DNA from: Diplonema japonicum
Lineage: Eukaryota > Protista > Euglenozoa: Diplonemea
DNA: 64,000 bases
Assembly (NCBI GenBank): GCA_964019335.1
Contig: OZ025691.1
Coordinates: forward strand, 248,001 to 312,000
Direction of reading: 5' to 3'
Each line of letters begins with the position of its first letter. Within the stretch, counting starts at the first letter, position 1. Made by a program: the position numbers and the translations under genes. Under the pieces are notes generated by a model, which was not told the DNA's origin, ran no database searches, and saw only the letters and a list, made by a program, of their open reading frames with translations. Shown piece after piece: positions 22,001 through 31,992 of the stretch.

Positions 22001-22363
22001 GTTTCCGGGTCGGAACTGACAGCTATGCTTGAGGAGTGGGTTGCAGAATGCCCTCTCGAAACAGTGAAATTCCCGCAAGTAGCAGGGTTGAAGATCACTG
22101 TCGACGTGGAGCGGCCGCCTCTCTCTCGTGTCTTAGAAATCTCGTATCAAGAGCTCGATGGGTCGTACGGATTCCTTACGGACTCGACTTCCCTCGCGCT
22201 GGTCCTCCCTTACTTTTTGTGCGCGACGTCGTGCCTCCGCAAGTGCAAAAAGATCATCCCGCCCGAAGAGGGCATCATTTTGCCGACCCTTCTGCAAGCA
22301 GCCTTGCGTGACACCCCCCACGTCACTCCACGACTGGAAAGCCGCGTGACTATCTTGCATTAA
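19085..22363 (+). CDS. Large protein with C-terminal 5'-nucleotidase/metallophosphoesterase module (degenerate motifs) and a possible trypsin-like N-terminal region
   Basis: INHFSD, LFSGN, VGNHDLDFG, PWVLSNV, VVALTH, ILGGHE, RTSESAIGNFITD, FPQVAG. N-terminal GGLVFDLNWNFIA resembles the trypsin-like GSPV..W..(V/I)A motif. Confidence 0.75.
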   Translation: MEPVEMERTRGWPSSAEKGLSKSRRRAMLSAIDVQELKSIVGCEKRVVEEKLRGLLMLFGLGEEDYNAEEFELFVNEALGQTVCERHMQRPVVQEPTLKHWHFPADTLESNYLHSEDFIDKAQSVCKTACYVTSRTTKACPAILLKDSIILAPSLCFAHVTHARTASVTFCDYPNSPSPRITVPLNPKVLLISGMGAGTYFSYFVLDVTGTQHITIEIGSDLDTPKKKETFPAGTPLIGSLPIDSIITLDCTEGVLLKVIEGEGDVLTLFAIEGSHGLDAIPRGGKGVVHRVGTSEAYVAAALKTSGVSELTTHQQNILRSILDMGHSLEAPDNSHSTPGSLVTFTQHGMQCRVATLTIKKTNGVHHVTMNEAVPSPHTGGLVFDLNWNFIAFFTMLGDVLHLASIVQDMKLKGYADFVRGNRVTQGSGLLDGRLLKANPDSKQNKMEAERLEWGEKGLDFNKPVVIPQTCDEFVTFPPFSVVLKGSQDQIDTLATRNVVVSIEVTPEGYTTQHNKTFLTRGTGVFYHLTVSPAPKEKFRLVARVEIIYTGTVRYPLLRRHMMPQYPVSTRPPLTSLEIEAINIEPTQEEADLFNLRREVEKMSEARAPEDEVKTFYINHFSDSCKTSWTVGTKAARMFTAMQHSDTESGKVSLVLFSGNGFGSSIHASVTQGRVMPNLLNALCVDVAVVGNHDLDFGLERFAYLSRACQFPWVLSNVLHKTDKKPIQPAVSTAVVQAPGTDIKIGLVGLVEEEWVTNNIPLRNEYAFEDMVTVARELSLGLRKTCDVVVALTHMKLANDVALAEGTQGAIDVILGGHEQEASRQLIGKIPVIKSGSGFDSFSRIEVRMKGKAIMSVPCGELVTVGTEHLPDVSILQTIADGNTKFDIDLDKVLVTTDGAFDVTAAHVRTSESAIGNFITDLMLGYYKPCKAQAAILQAGCLRSDKVFEAGKLTIRDLFSIVPIEDPLVLLQVSGSELTAMLEEWVAECPLETVKFPQVAGLKITVDVERPPLSRVLEISYQELDGSYGFLTDSTSLALVLPYFLCATSCLRKCKKIIPPEEGIILPTLLQAALRDTPHVTPRLESRVTILH

Positions 22364-22493
22364 CCCCCTTAATATAAAAAGAAAAGAAAAGTTGTCCCCT
22401 CCAAACTAAATATTCCCCACACTCTTTTTTTTTTTTTATATGAAACCAAAAATAATAAACGACCATTGAGAAACCCCACCTTTCACCAGGAGC

Positions 22494-23120
22494 ATGACTG
22501 CTCGCGAGAACGCGAAGGCGTTGGGCATATCCGGCGGTGTTGTTTCTTCATATGTGCTGCTGTACTCTGGGTATGATAAGGCAACGAAACGGCTCGACAT
22601 GGGTAAGGTGAAGGAGATCGTGTGCGTGGAGAAGAGTAAGCTGCACACAGCACAGCAGCTCAACAAGGTTTTGGGTTTGAGTGCATTGACAATAGGCAGT
22701 GTGGCGTTGATACCAGGAAGGGTGACAGATGGATGTCAAAAAGCTTTGCTGACAATTACCATCTGTTTCGCGTCCGTGCACTCCGTGGCGTCTAGTTACC
22801 TCTTCTACGGGTTCAACCCTAAGAAGATGGTTCTCGGGCAGGGCAAGGCAATCCCTGCTGAGGTTCCTGCCCTCATCTTCGGGATGATGGGTATCTATGG
22901 GTTCGCTTCCCAGTCTTCCTGTTCCTCTGTCAGGACCCCTGCTGCTTATGCTGCTCTGTTTTTTTCCCTCCTTCACTTCTACTTTATCGAGACCCCTACT
23001 GGGCTTCCCCAGGACCTCCCTTGCAGGCCTTACGCCTACACCTCTGTCGTGGCCAGCGGGGCAGCTTTGTATCGTTTCGGGTTCAGGAATTTGGCGAGAT
23101 ATTTCGCGAGTTTTTTTTAA
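22494..23120 (+). CDS. Multi-pass membrane protein, tandem paralog A (208 aa)
   Basis: Several hydrophobic segments; homologous over its full length to 23209-23847. Confidence 0.85.
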   Translation: MTARENAKALGISGGVVSSYVLLYSGYDKATKRLDMGKVKEIVCVEKSKLHTAQQLNKVLGLSALTIGSVALIPGRVTDGCQKALLTITICFASVHSVASSYLFYGFNPKKMVLGQGKAIPAEVPALIFGMMGIYGFASQSSCSSVRTPAAYAALFFSLLHFYFIETPTGLPQDLPCRPYAYTSVVASGAALYRFGFRNLARYFASFF

Positions 23121-23208
23121 CAACCTCCACCCCCGCCGTCACGTCTATATCAAGAAAAAAAAAATATTTACAGAAGGAAAAACAAAACAAAAAAAAAAGA
23201 AAATAATA

Positions 23209-23847
23209 ATGTGCACCTGCAACGAGAACGTGAAGGCGCTGGGCATCTCTAGTGGGATCCTGTCCTCGTACGTGCTGTTGTACTCAGGGTACAGCAAGGC
23301 GACAAAGAGCTTGGACATGGAGCTGGTGAAGGAGATTCTGTTCGTGAAGAAGGGTATGAAGCACAGTGTGAACCAGATGAACAAGGTTCTCGGCCTGACT
23401 GCTCTCACCGTTGGTGGTGTGGCTCTGATCCCCAGCGAGGTCACGAACAACTGCCAGAAGGGTCTGCTCACAATAGCTGCAGGGTTTGCCAGCGTCCACG
23501 CGGTGCTGTCCAGCTACATCTTCTACGGGTTCAACCCTAAGAAGATGATCCTCGGGCAGGGCAAGCCCCAGATCCCTGCTGAGATCCCTGCCCTCATCTT
23601 CGGGATGGCGGGTATCTACGGCATTATCACCCAGTCTTTCAACACTTCTGTCAGGACCCCTGCTGCTTATGCTGCTCTTTTCCTTTCCCTCCTTCACTTC
23701 TACTTTATCGAGACCCCTACTGGGCTTCCCCAGGACCTCCCTTGCAGGCCTTACGCCTACACCTCTGTCGTGGCCAGCGGGTCAGCCCTGTACTCCTTTG
23801 GGTTCAAGAACCTCGTTGACTACTTCGCAAGCTTTCTGAAGTTCTGA
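23209..23847 (+). CDS. Multi-pass membrane protein, tandem paralog B (212 aa)
   Basis: ATG 23209 (MCTCNENVKALGISSG) aligns with the start of paralog A. Confidence 0.85.
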   Translation: MCTCNENVKALGISSGILSSYVLLYSGYSKATKSLDMELVKEILFVKKGMKHSVNQMNKVLGLTALTVGGVALIPSEVTNNCQKGLLTIAAGFASVHAVLSSYIFYGFNPKKMILGQGKPQIPAEIPALIFGMAGIYGIITQSFNTSVRTPAAYAALFLSLLHFYFIETPTGLPQDLPCRPYAYTSVVASGSALYSFGFKNLVDYFASFLKF

Positions 23848-24642
23848 GATAGGTTTTATTTTATCTTTATTTTGTAATGAGTATTTACATGAATTAGAAT
23901 GAAAGAACTTATCTGATCCTCTCCTCTTTTTTTTTTCTTTTTTTTTTTATACTCATTTTTTTATGTTTATTTTTTCATGTGAATCTCACCTTTAAAATTG
24001 AAGCGAAAGGAAAAGGCACGATCAGAGCACGATATAGGAATTGAATCAAAATATCAGAGGGTAAAGAAAAGAGAAGCAACAAAGAAAAAAAAGAAAAGAA
24101 AAAAGAGGGGGAACAGGAGACGAATGGATAAAATAAAAGGAAAGGTGAGGACCATGAAAGGGAATGTTTATTTCTCCCTTTTGTTTTTTCCTCCAAGCCT
24201 TTTTTTTTTTCCCTCTGCCCCTTTTCCCCCCTTAAGAATTTTTTTTGTTCCTTTTTTCTCCCTCAGCCAGCCTCTTATCCCTTATTTTTTTTGCTTGGTG
24301 GCCTTCACATGATGCCTTTTTTCTATTTTCTTTTGATTTTTTTTGTTTCTCTCTTTCTCCTCTTCTTATTCATGACTTAAAAAAAAAAAAAGAAACATCA
24401 GTGGACATTACATTATCCGGTCTCTCTGCCAGAACGAACGGTTTTTAATTTTTCTTCTGAACATAGAGCATGTCTCCCCATCCCTCCTTCCTTTTTTAGA
24501 GTGAAAGAAAAAACAATGTGCATTGGATTTGACCCGTTTCTTCTTCTTTTTTATTTATTTCTCCTCCATTTTTCCTTCGGGGGGGGGGGGGGGGGGGGCA
24601 AACAAACAAAAAAAAGGAACTACAAAAAAAGAGAGAAAACAA

Positions 24643-27328
24643 ATGAAACAGAGCGTCATGCTCTTAGCCCTAGTGGCGGCCGTTCATGGTCAAAATGTTA
24701 ATTCCGACGGATGTGTGACGGATGCGTTTTCCAGCACTGTGGATGTGTTGCCGCATAAAACAGATGCTGTGGGTGGTGAGTCATGGGGCATCAAGTACAG
24801 CAACTGGTACAAGAGGCTCAATGTTTCGTACCTTGACGGTGGTGTGAAGAAGGAGAGGGTGTACCAGCTGGTGCAGTGCTACGCTGACGCAGCCCAGAAC
24901 ACCGCAGCTGTTGCGGCACTCCCTGCATGCACGCCTCCTGGGTGCAACCGAATCACCATCCCTGTCAAGACTGTTGGTGTTGGCCCGGACACCCGTATCA
25001 TCGGCATGCTTGAGTCATTGAACCTTCTTTCCACTATCACCTACGTCACCGACAACGTTGCCTCGCCCTGTCTGCAGAGCAAGACCACCACACCTGCCGA
25101 CCCCAACAACGCTGCGCAGGTTGCCAATGTTGACGCCTACTTCGTGAACACGATCCCCACCGCTGACAACGCAAAGTTCGTGAAGGTTGGTGTCATCGAT
25201 GAGGTCATGCCTGAGTTCAAGGCCAACTGGCTCGAGTACATCGCGTTGTTCTACAACAGGGAGGCGGATGCGAACTACATCGGGGAGACTACTAAGGTTG
25301 TTTACGATGCGCAGTCGCACAGCATCCAGCAGCTGTCCACCACAAAGAACATCGCTTGGATCACAGGCATCACCGACACCACCATCACCTTCACGAACAG
25401 CTTGTACATGAAGTACCTCATCGAGGCCGCCCACGCCACCGCCATCAACTTCGCCACCACCGCGTCCACTGCGAACGGTGCGCACCTTACCGTCCTCAAG
25501 ACCGTCGACGCTATCGTTATTGAGGATGACACGAACCTCACGAAGGAGCAGTGGCTTTCCAGGCTTGGCGTCCCCGCTGGCGCTACTGGGTACAACTTCA
25601 TTAAGGGCACGGAGCCCGTCATCTACCTGCTGAGGAAGTACTCCAACTCCAACGGGCAGGCCAGCGACTTCAACGAGCACGCCGCTGTGGCCCCCGACCT
25701 TATTCTGTCCGACCTTATCAAGATCTCGCACGACGTGGCCCCCTGGTCCTCTGTGCAGACCATCTTCCTCAGGCTCTACTCGCAGTCCCTGACCATAATT
25801 GCCGCCTCGGCTGATGTGTGTGGCAAGGGGCTCTACCGCCCCTTCGCCATCAGCGAGATCAGGAGGGCCGTCTTGTCCCGATTGAAGACAGTCCCCAACC
25901 CGCAGAGGGCTGTGCTGGACTTCCAGCAGTACACCGACTACTTCGCCACCAAGATCGACCCCACGCACGCCAAGGACTACACCGTGGAGTACCATCTCAC
26001 ATGGAAGCTGGTCAGGAACCTCAGAGCAAAGGAGGACTACATCCTTCTCTTGAAGGGGTGCCCTGACACTTCCTACCCGTCTGTGCACGTCCTGCCCAGT
26101 GCCAAGCGCTTCAGCATCCCCCTTGACGGCATTGCTCTCTCGGGCACTATTGACGTGACCTACATCGAGCAGCTGGGGCTTATTGATCTGGTGAAGAAGT
26201 CGACGACGGCGCCTTCCCCCTGCATGCAGAAGGGGTTGGAGGATGGGATCGTGCTGCCGTTGTCGTGGAGCTTCACCGCTGCCGACGTTGCTGGGATCGA
26301 CATGGTCACCAAGTTCGGTGCCGACGCGTCGCTTCCCACCAGCGTGGCCATTACGGCGTCGGCAGACGAGGGTCCGCTCAACAGGGCAGAGTGGCTGCGC
26401 TTCTACGCGGCGTTCTTCAACCGCGAGGCGGAGGCGGCCACGGTGTTTGGCAGCATTCGCGAGAAATATCTCTGCGTGACGCAGAAGGGCGCGCAGGCTG
26501 CACAGGCTCTTGGCAGGAAACCGCAGTTCATGATGATCACAAAATCGTTCTCGGGGTCGAGCTGGGAGGCAACCACCCACGTTGTGTGGAAAATGGCAGC
26601 CGAGGCTGCTGGGGGTGTGCTGGCCAGCACGGACCCGACAAGCAGCGCCTCAACAGGCGGGTCTGGGTTCAACTCCGTGAAGTACTCCACACAGGCAGAA
26701 CTGTTCGCGGCCTTCAGGGACGTCGACGTGGTGGTTGACACCACGTACTTTGGGACCTCGAACGCTAGCCACCCTGTCGAGCTTGCTGACACCTTGGCCA
26801 CGTACGGGCTCACAGAGACCTCTGACTTCAAGTTCATCAAGAACAAGGCGTGGTTCCGGGTGGACAAGAGGATGGACGACGGCGGCTTCATTGACTGGTT
26901 CGGGCGTGCTGTCGTGGAGGCTGACGCAGTTGTTGAGGACTTCATCACCATGATGCACCCTGGCTGGACCTCCAACACGCACCTCCACTTCGGTAGAGAC
27001 CTGTTCAAGGGAACGGCTGTTGAGCTGATGGCGCCCGAGGGCTGTGACAACTACTACGGTAACCTTGTTCCCTTGACGCAGGCCACCGACCGTTGCAGCA
27101 TCCCTTGCGCTGAAAGGAACCACAAGGATTACTGTGACTCTGGTTGTCTGTGGGTGAACAACGCTTGTCAGAACATTCCGATCACCCCTGTCCCTACACC
27201 TCCCCCTATTATCGTATGTTAACAAAAAAAAAAAAAAAAAAAAAAAAAAGGTTTACGTCGGTGCCTCTGGTGCCACACTGCCGTCGCTTGTCCTCACGGT
27301 CGTTGCTGCAGTTTTCATGCTTCTGTAG
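24643..27328 (+). CDS. Secreted, probably GPI-anchored protein with two tandem periplasmic-binding (Fe/B12, CBA1-like) domains; 2 exons, ~882 aa
   Basis: Signal peptide MKQSVMLLALVAAVHG. Repeated motifs PEFKANWLEYIALFYNREADA and PLNRAEWLRFYAAFFNREAEA, plus SDFNEHAAVAPDLILSDLI and IDWFGRAVVEADAVVEDFI. Poly-A intron 27214-27250 adds the hydrophobic tail VYVGASGATLPSLVLTVVAAVFMLL*. Confidence 0.8.
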
Positions 27329-27342
27329 GGAAGAAGAAGAAG

Positions 27343-27380
<38 letters not shown>

Positions 27381-27482
27381 AAACCACAACGTTCCCCCCC
27401 CCCCCCCCCATTCCTCACGGAAGGGAAAAAAAAATGAAAGTGTAAACAAAATACTCTGTTCCCCCACTCTTTGATCTCCCGC

Positions 27483-27564
<82 letters not shown>

Positions 27565-28665
27565 ATGGTCACTCGAAAGTCGTAAAGGAAAAAAAAAAGA
27601 AAAAAATGAACAAAAAGAAAAGAAAGGTCCGGTTTGAAGTAGAGTATCTTTCAAAATTTTTGAGCTTGCACGGTGAAATCTTCTGATGAAAGATTTTTTT
27701 TTCTTCTTTTTTTTTAAAAAAAAAGATTCGCTTACCCCTTCTCATGACATTTCCTCCTTTTTTTCCCCCCCTCTAATTGTTTTTTTCTCTGCTGTTAGGC
27801 CCCCGATCCAAGTAGCGCACAGGCACACTCACTTTCTTCAGTCCCCACCCCCCCAACCGATCATTTTTCATTTTCTTTTTCGAATCACCGAAGAAAAAGC
27901 GCGATTTTATTTCTGACTCTCTTGACCAACTCTTCAATGGTAGGGATGCCTCGAAATACACACAAATCTGCAGTTTTTCTTCTTTTTTTTTTTCTCTTTT
28001 CTTTCGTTTTGCCTGGAGTACCGCACGCACTTGTCTTTCGATCGCTCGCCGGACTGCGAGAAAAATGGAGGGGGGAAAAAAAAAAGAAGGGGTAGAAAGA
28101 AAAAGAAGACAAAAAACAAAGCAAGTTCGAATTTGGGGTATCGTTTCTTTTCTCCCCTTCCCTCTGTTGTTACTCCCCCCCCCCCCCCCCCCCCCTTCAC
28201 TGTACTTCGATGAACTAAAGCTTTTTTAACTTCCCAGCCCTCTCAGTCCTTTCTCTCTTCTTCTTCCCTCCTTTTTTTCTTCTTTTTTTAATTTTTATTC
28301 TCCTCTCTATTTCTTTTTATTCTCCCTTTCTCTCTCTTTTTTTTTTTCCAGTTTTCAGCTTCGCCGGGGGGGGGGTTTTTTTTTCTTTTTCTGTTCTTAT
28401 TTTTTTTTTTGAATTTTTAGAAAGATTTCAAACTATAATGATTCCATAACCAAATAAATAAATGCTTATATTTTAGCCTTTTTTTTTCCCTTCTTTCCTT
28501 CTTTTTTTTTGCCTACCACCCCCCCCCCCCCCCCCCGAGACGCTGGAACAAAAAAAAAATAAAGGGGGACACTAAAAAAAAAAAAGATCGTTTTCCACTT
28601 CCACCCCTCCCCAATGTTTGTCATTCCCTCCCCTTTTTTTAATTTTTTTTAGAAAAAACCATTTG

Positions 28666-28699
<34 letters not shown>

Positions 28700-28719
28700 C
28701 CACACAAATTAAACCGAAG

Positions 28720-29115
28720 ATGATCAACGATAAAATGTGGGACTTGGCTGGGGAGGCCGAAACTTTGGGAGAGGATATTATTGCGCTAGAGGAACATTTA
28801 GTTGTGCTGGACAAGGAGAGGCAGGACACCAGAGTGACCGCGCGGAGCATGAAGAAAAAGCCGAAAGGCTCCAGTTGGGTTCTAACTGATGTCGGTCTTT
28901 TCCTCCGAAAGAGTAATGAAGAGGTAGCAGAAGGTTTGCACAAGAACCAAGAGAGGCTGGAAGACGTCATCAGCGAGTCGCGAGGAGAAATGAAAGAAAA
29001 GATGCGTCGGCTGGCCGAGCTGGAAAATAACGAGGATATGCAAAAATGGGCGGCAGCCTTCAATCTTCGCCCTTTGGGAAAGAATGAAGCAAATTTCAAC
29101 CCTAATCATGAATAG
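28720..29115 (+). CDS. PDRG1: Prefoldin-like p53 and DNA damage-regulated protein 1 homolog
   Basis: E.L.E.II...LV.LD..RQ..R helix, beta hairpin WVLTDVGLFL, and C-terminal FNLRPL match PDRG1 architecture. Confidence 0.75.
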   Translation: MINDKMWDLAGEAETLGEDIIALEEHLVVLDKERQDTRVTARSMKKKPKGSSWVLTDVGLFLRKSNEEVAEGLHKNQERLEDVISESRGEMKEKMRRLAELENNEDMQKWAAAFNLRPLGKNEANFNPNHE

Positions 29116-29230
29116 AAATAGGGTTTTTCTTTTTTTTTTTTTCTTCTTAATTTCTCTTCGAAGTTTGTAATTACAAAAAAAAAAGGGGGGTAAATTGGAA
29201 GGGGAAAAAAAAAAAAAAAAAGAAAAAAAA

Positions 29231-29322
29231 ATGTTTAGAAGAGTATCGGTATTGTACCGCCTGCCACCAGGCAAACCGACAAGCATGGAAGATTTAGTAG
29301 GTGATGTATGTATTTGGAAGGG

Positions 29323-29366
<44 letters not shown>

Positions 29367-29676
29367 ACAGCGTTACACCCGTAACTATCTACCCAACCAA
29401 GGAGATGACGTGGACTACAAAGGCACCACGAAACGGACATATTGCAGCAATTATGTGAAGTTTAAGAACCCCGAAGGGGCCTTTTATGCCGACCGGAAAA
29501 TCACGAACCAAGACCTTGTATGGGCGGACGAGAACAGAGCAAGGCACGCAGAGAAGTGGCGGCGGATGACTTTTATGCAGAAAATAAAGGCAACTGTGCT
29601 TGAATACGTCCGTCCTGGTGTAATGGAGGACCCCGAAGCCCCTGCAAGGCGTGCTCCGCAAGGGGATTTGAAATAA
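29231..29676 (+). CDS. Small protein with mitochondrial-presequence-like N-terminus; 2 exons, ~126 aa
   Basis: MFRRVSVLYR start; poly-A intron 29306-29370 (GTATGT...CCACAG) joins it to the 29308 frame. Confidence 0.7.
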
Positions 29677-29825
29677 CAAAAAAAAAAAAAAAAAATGGAA
29701 AAAAAAAAGAATACTGGCCTCAAGAATTGAATTTCTTTTTTTTTTTTTGTTTTTTTTTTTTCGTTTTTGTAATTCACCCCTTGGATAATGTAAGGAGAAA
29801 AAAAAAAAAAAAAGAAAACGAGAGA

Positions 29826-29862
<37 letters not shown>

Positions 29863-29886
29863 AACTGCCAGGGGTCCGGCAACAAA

Positions 29887-30444
29887 ATGAAATTTCTTGT
29901 AGTTCTGCTGACCGTTCTCTGCTTTCTTGAACGGGTTGCGGGCGCCCTTGAGATCACAGGAAAAAGAGTAGGTTTTGACCACAACTACATGAGGTGTGAA
30001 GGATGCATCGCCTACGCCAAAGAAGCAGTTAAAAAGGTAAAGGAAAGCCGCCCTATAACTGACGAGCAAATTAAGCGGGGGAAGACATTCTTCAAAGATG
30101 AGGTCAGAGCTGACGAGATCGCGGAAGGGAGTGTGACTGCAGTAAGTGCGGGCTATCACTTTGTAGAGTACCCTGACAACCAGCAGAAGCCGGGCCAGGT
30201 AGGTACCTTTGTGAAGTACACGGAATTGCTTGAGATGAATAAACACAATCCTAGTGTCAAGGCCGCCCTACGTGATGAAATGTCCACCCATGACCCAGGC
30301 GTGCTCAATTTTCTGTACCACCTCACGGCAAACCATGAAGACGCCATCTACTCTTTAATCGCGGCAGACGTCACAGATCAAGAAGCCTGGATGCAGTCTC
30401 TTTGTGTCGATGCTGCAAAATTCTGTTCCGAGTCCCCCCGGTGA
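29887..30444 (+). CDS. Secreted saposin-like/canopy-like protein (185 aa)
   Basis: Signal peptide, CEGC near the N-terminus, C-terminal LCVDAAKFC. Confidence 0.6.
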   Translation: MKFLVVLLTVLCFLERVAGALEITGKRVGFDHNYMRCEGCIAYAKEAVKKVKESRPITDEQIKRGKTFFKDEVRADEIAEGSVTAVSAGYHFVEYPDNQQKPGQVGTFVKYTELLEMNKHNPSVKAALRDEMSTHDPGVLNFLYHLTANHEDAIYSLIAADVTDQEAWMQSLCVDAAKFCSESPR

Positions 30445-30495
30445 GAGAAGTTGAAATAAATAATTTAAAAAAAAAAAAAAAGAATTTACACGTTG

Positions 30496-30528
<33 letters not shown>

Positions 30529-30571
30529 CGAAAAAGAAAAAAAAAAAAAAAAAAAAAATTAGAATGAGAAA

Positions 30572-31735
30572 ATGATGAACTTCTGCCCGATGTGCGGGGA
30601 CCGGCTCAACCAAGGCCGGCCTTGCAAATGCAGTGGTAGTACAAGCACGACGTGCTACATCTGCGGGCAGCCCTTCGAGAACAAAACGTTGCTCGGGATG
30701 CACATCACGGAATGCTACGCAAGATGCAACAAGAACACCATGCCCCACCCCGTGGATGTGGTCATGGAGGGGTACACCATGTTCATGGACAAAAAGCTAG
30801 TTGGGGAAGGCGGCCTCGTCGGCGCCACCGCCCCATCTTCCCAGATTTTATACCAACCCAACGACATGTGCATGGGGCCTGGGTTATCAGCAGTGCGTGC
30901 GTTGCAGTTTCAACAAATGTGCGGAGCCCCGTACACACCAGTTCCCCCGGCTGTTGTCATGTCCCCGCAGCAACATCCCAACGCATGTCGTGATGGGGAG
31001 TCTATTGCGATGAAGGAGGTAAAGCGTCTCGCTCAGGAGCTCGAGGCCATCCGTATGGAGAAGGAAAAGGAACGAGCTGACCGAATGGTCCACCAAACAG
31101 AGCTCCACGAACAAGAACGGAAGATTAAAAAATTGGAAGAAATGCTGGTGAAACAGGCCGAGCAGCGACCGTCTACCGACCCCGTCCCCACGTCGCCTTC
31201 TAAACAGTTCGCGAAGTTCGAGGCCTTGATCAACGATTCTGTACAATGCCATGCTTGCAAGAAAGACTTTACAAGGTCCGCCTTCGGAGCCCATTCAAAA
31301 ACATGTGGAGCCCAGAATATCTTGGAAGACAACAGCCTCCCGTTGGCTAACGGTGTACCGACCAACGACGGAAGGGTCCAGTGCGAGCTGTGTCTCAAGG
31401 TGTTTGGGAAGAAAAGCTTTGCAGTCCATTCAAGATCGTGCGGAAGGGCCCAACCCCAACCGGCCCACAATGTGGTCCTCAAGGAGGAACCTGTCATCGA
31501 TCACGATAGTGAAAAAGAAGACGATAAATGGACGCAGTTTATGATCACTTACCCCAGACCCATACTCCATGAAAAGCCACTGTCGAAGGACGAACGCACT
31601 AAGGAAGCTAAAAACCGCCCGCCCCCAACAGGGGTGGAATGTTCTATTTGCCGCGCTTCCGTTCCTCTTGCAGACCTAGATCGCCATGAAGCCACGTGCA
31701 CTGGCCACTCCTCACGTCCCAAGTCTAGGTATTAA
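30572..31735 (+). CDS. Multi C2HC zinc-finger protein with coiled coil (387 aa)
   Basis: Repeated CxxC...H...C motifs (CYIC..HITEC, CHAC..HSKTC, CELC..HSRSC, CSIC..HEATC). Confidence 0.8.
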   Translation: MMNFCPMCGDRLNQGRPCKCSGSTSTTCYICGQPFENKTLLGMHITECYARCNKNTMPHPVDVVMEGYTMFMDKKLVGEGGLVGATAPSSQILYQPNDMCMGPGLSAVRALQFQQMCGAPYTPVPPAVVMSPQQHPNACRDGESIAMKEVKRLAQELEAIRMEKEKERADRMVHQTELHEQERKIKKLEEMLVKQAEQRPSTDPVPTSPSKQFAKFEALINDSVQCHACKKDFTRSAFGAHSKTCGAQNILEDNSLPLANGVPTNDGRVQCELCLKVFGKKSFAVHSRSCGRAQPQPAHNVVLKEEPVIDHDSEKEDDKWTQFMITYPRPILHEKPLSKDERTKEAKNRPPPTGVECSICRASVPLADLDRHEATCTGHSSRPKSRY

Positions 31736-31992
31736 GTTTTTTTTTTTTTTTTTTTGGTCTATTGTGCAATTCTTGTTCTCTTTTGCATTACCATGCAAAA
31801 AAAAAAAAAAGAAAGAAAAAGAAAAAAACCCCCCCACCACGGCTGTTCTTGTGCGTTCTATTTTGTTCTCCTTTTTTTTTTAATACCCCTTTTCCTATAT
31901 CCATTTTGAAGCTTCAACACAGGACGGCGGAGGGCAGAAGGGAGGTTGTCCTCAGAAGGGATAAACCGAAAGAAAGGACATAAGAAAAGAAA

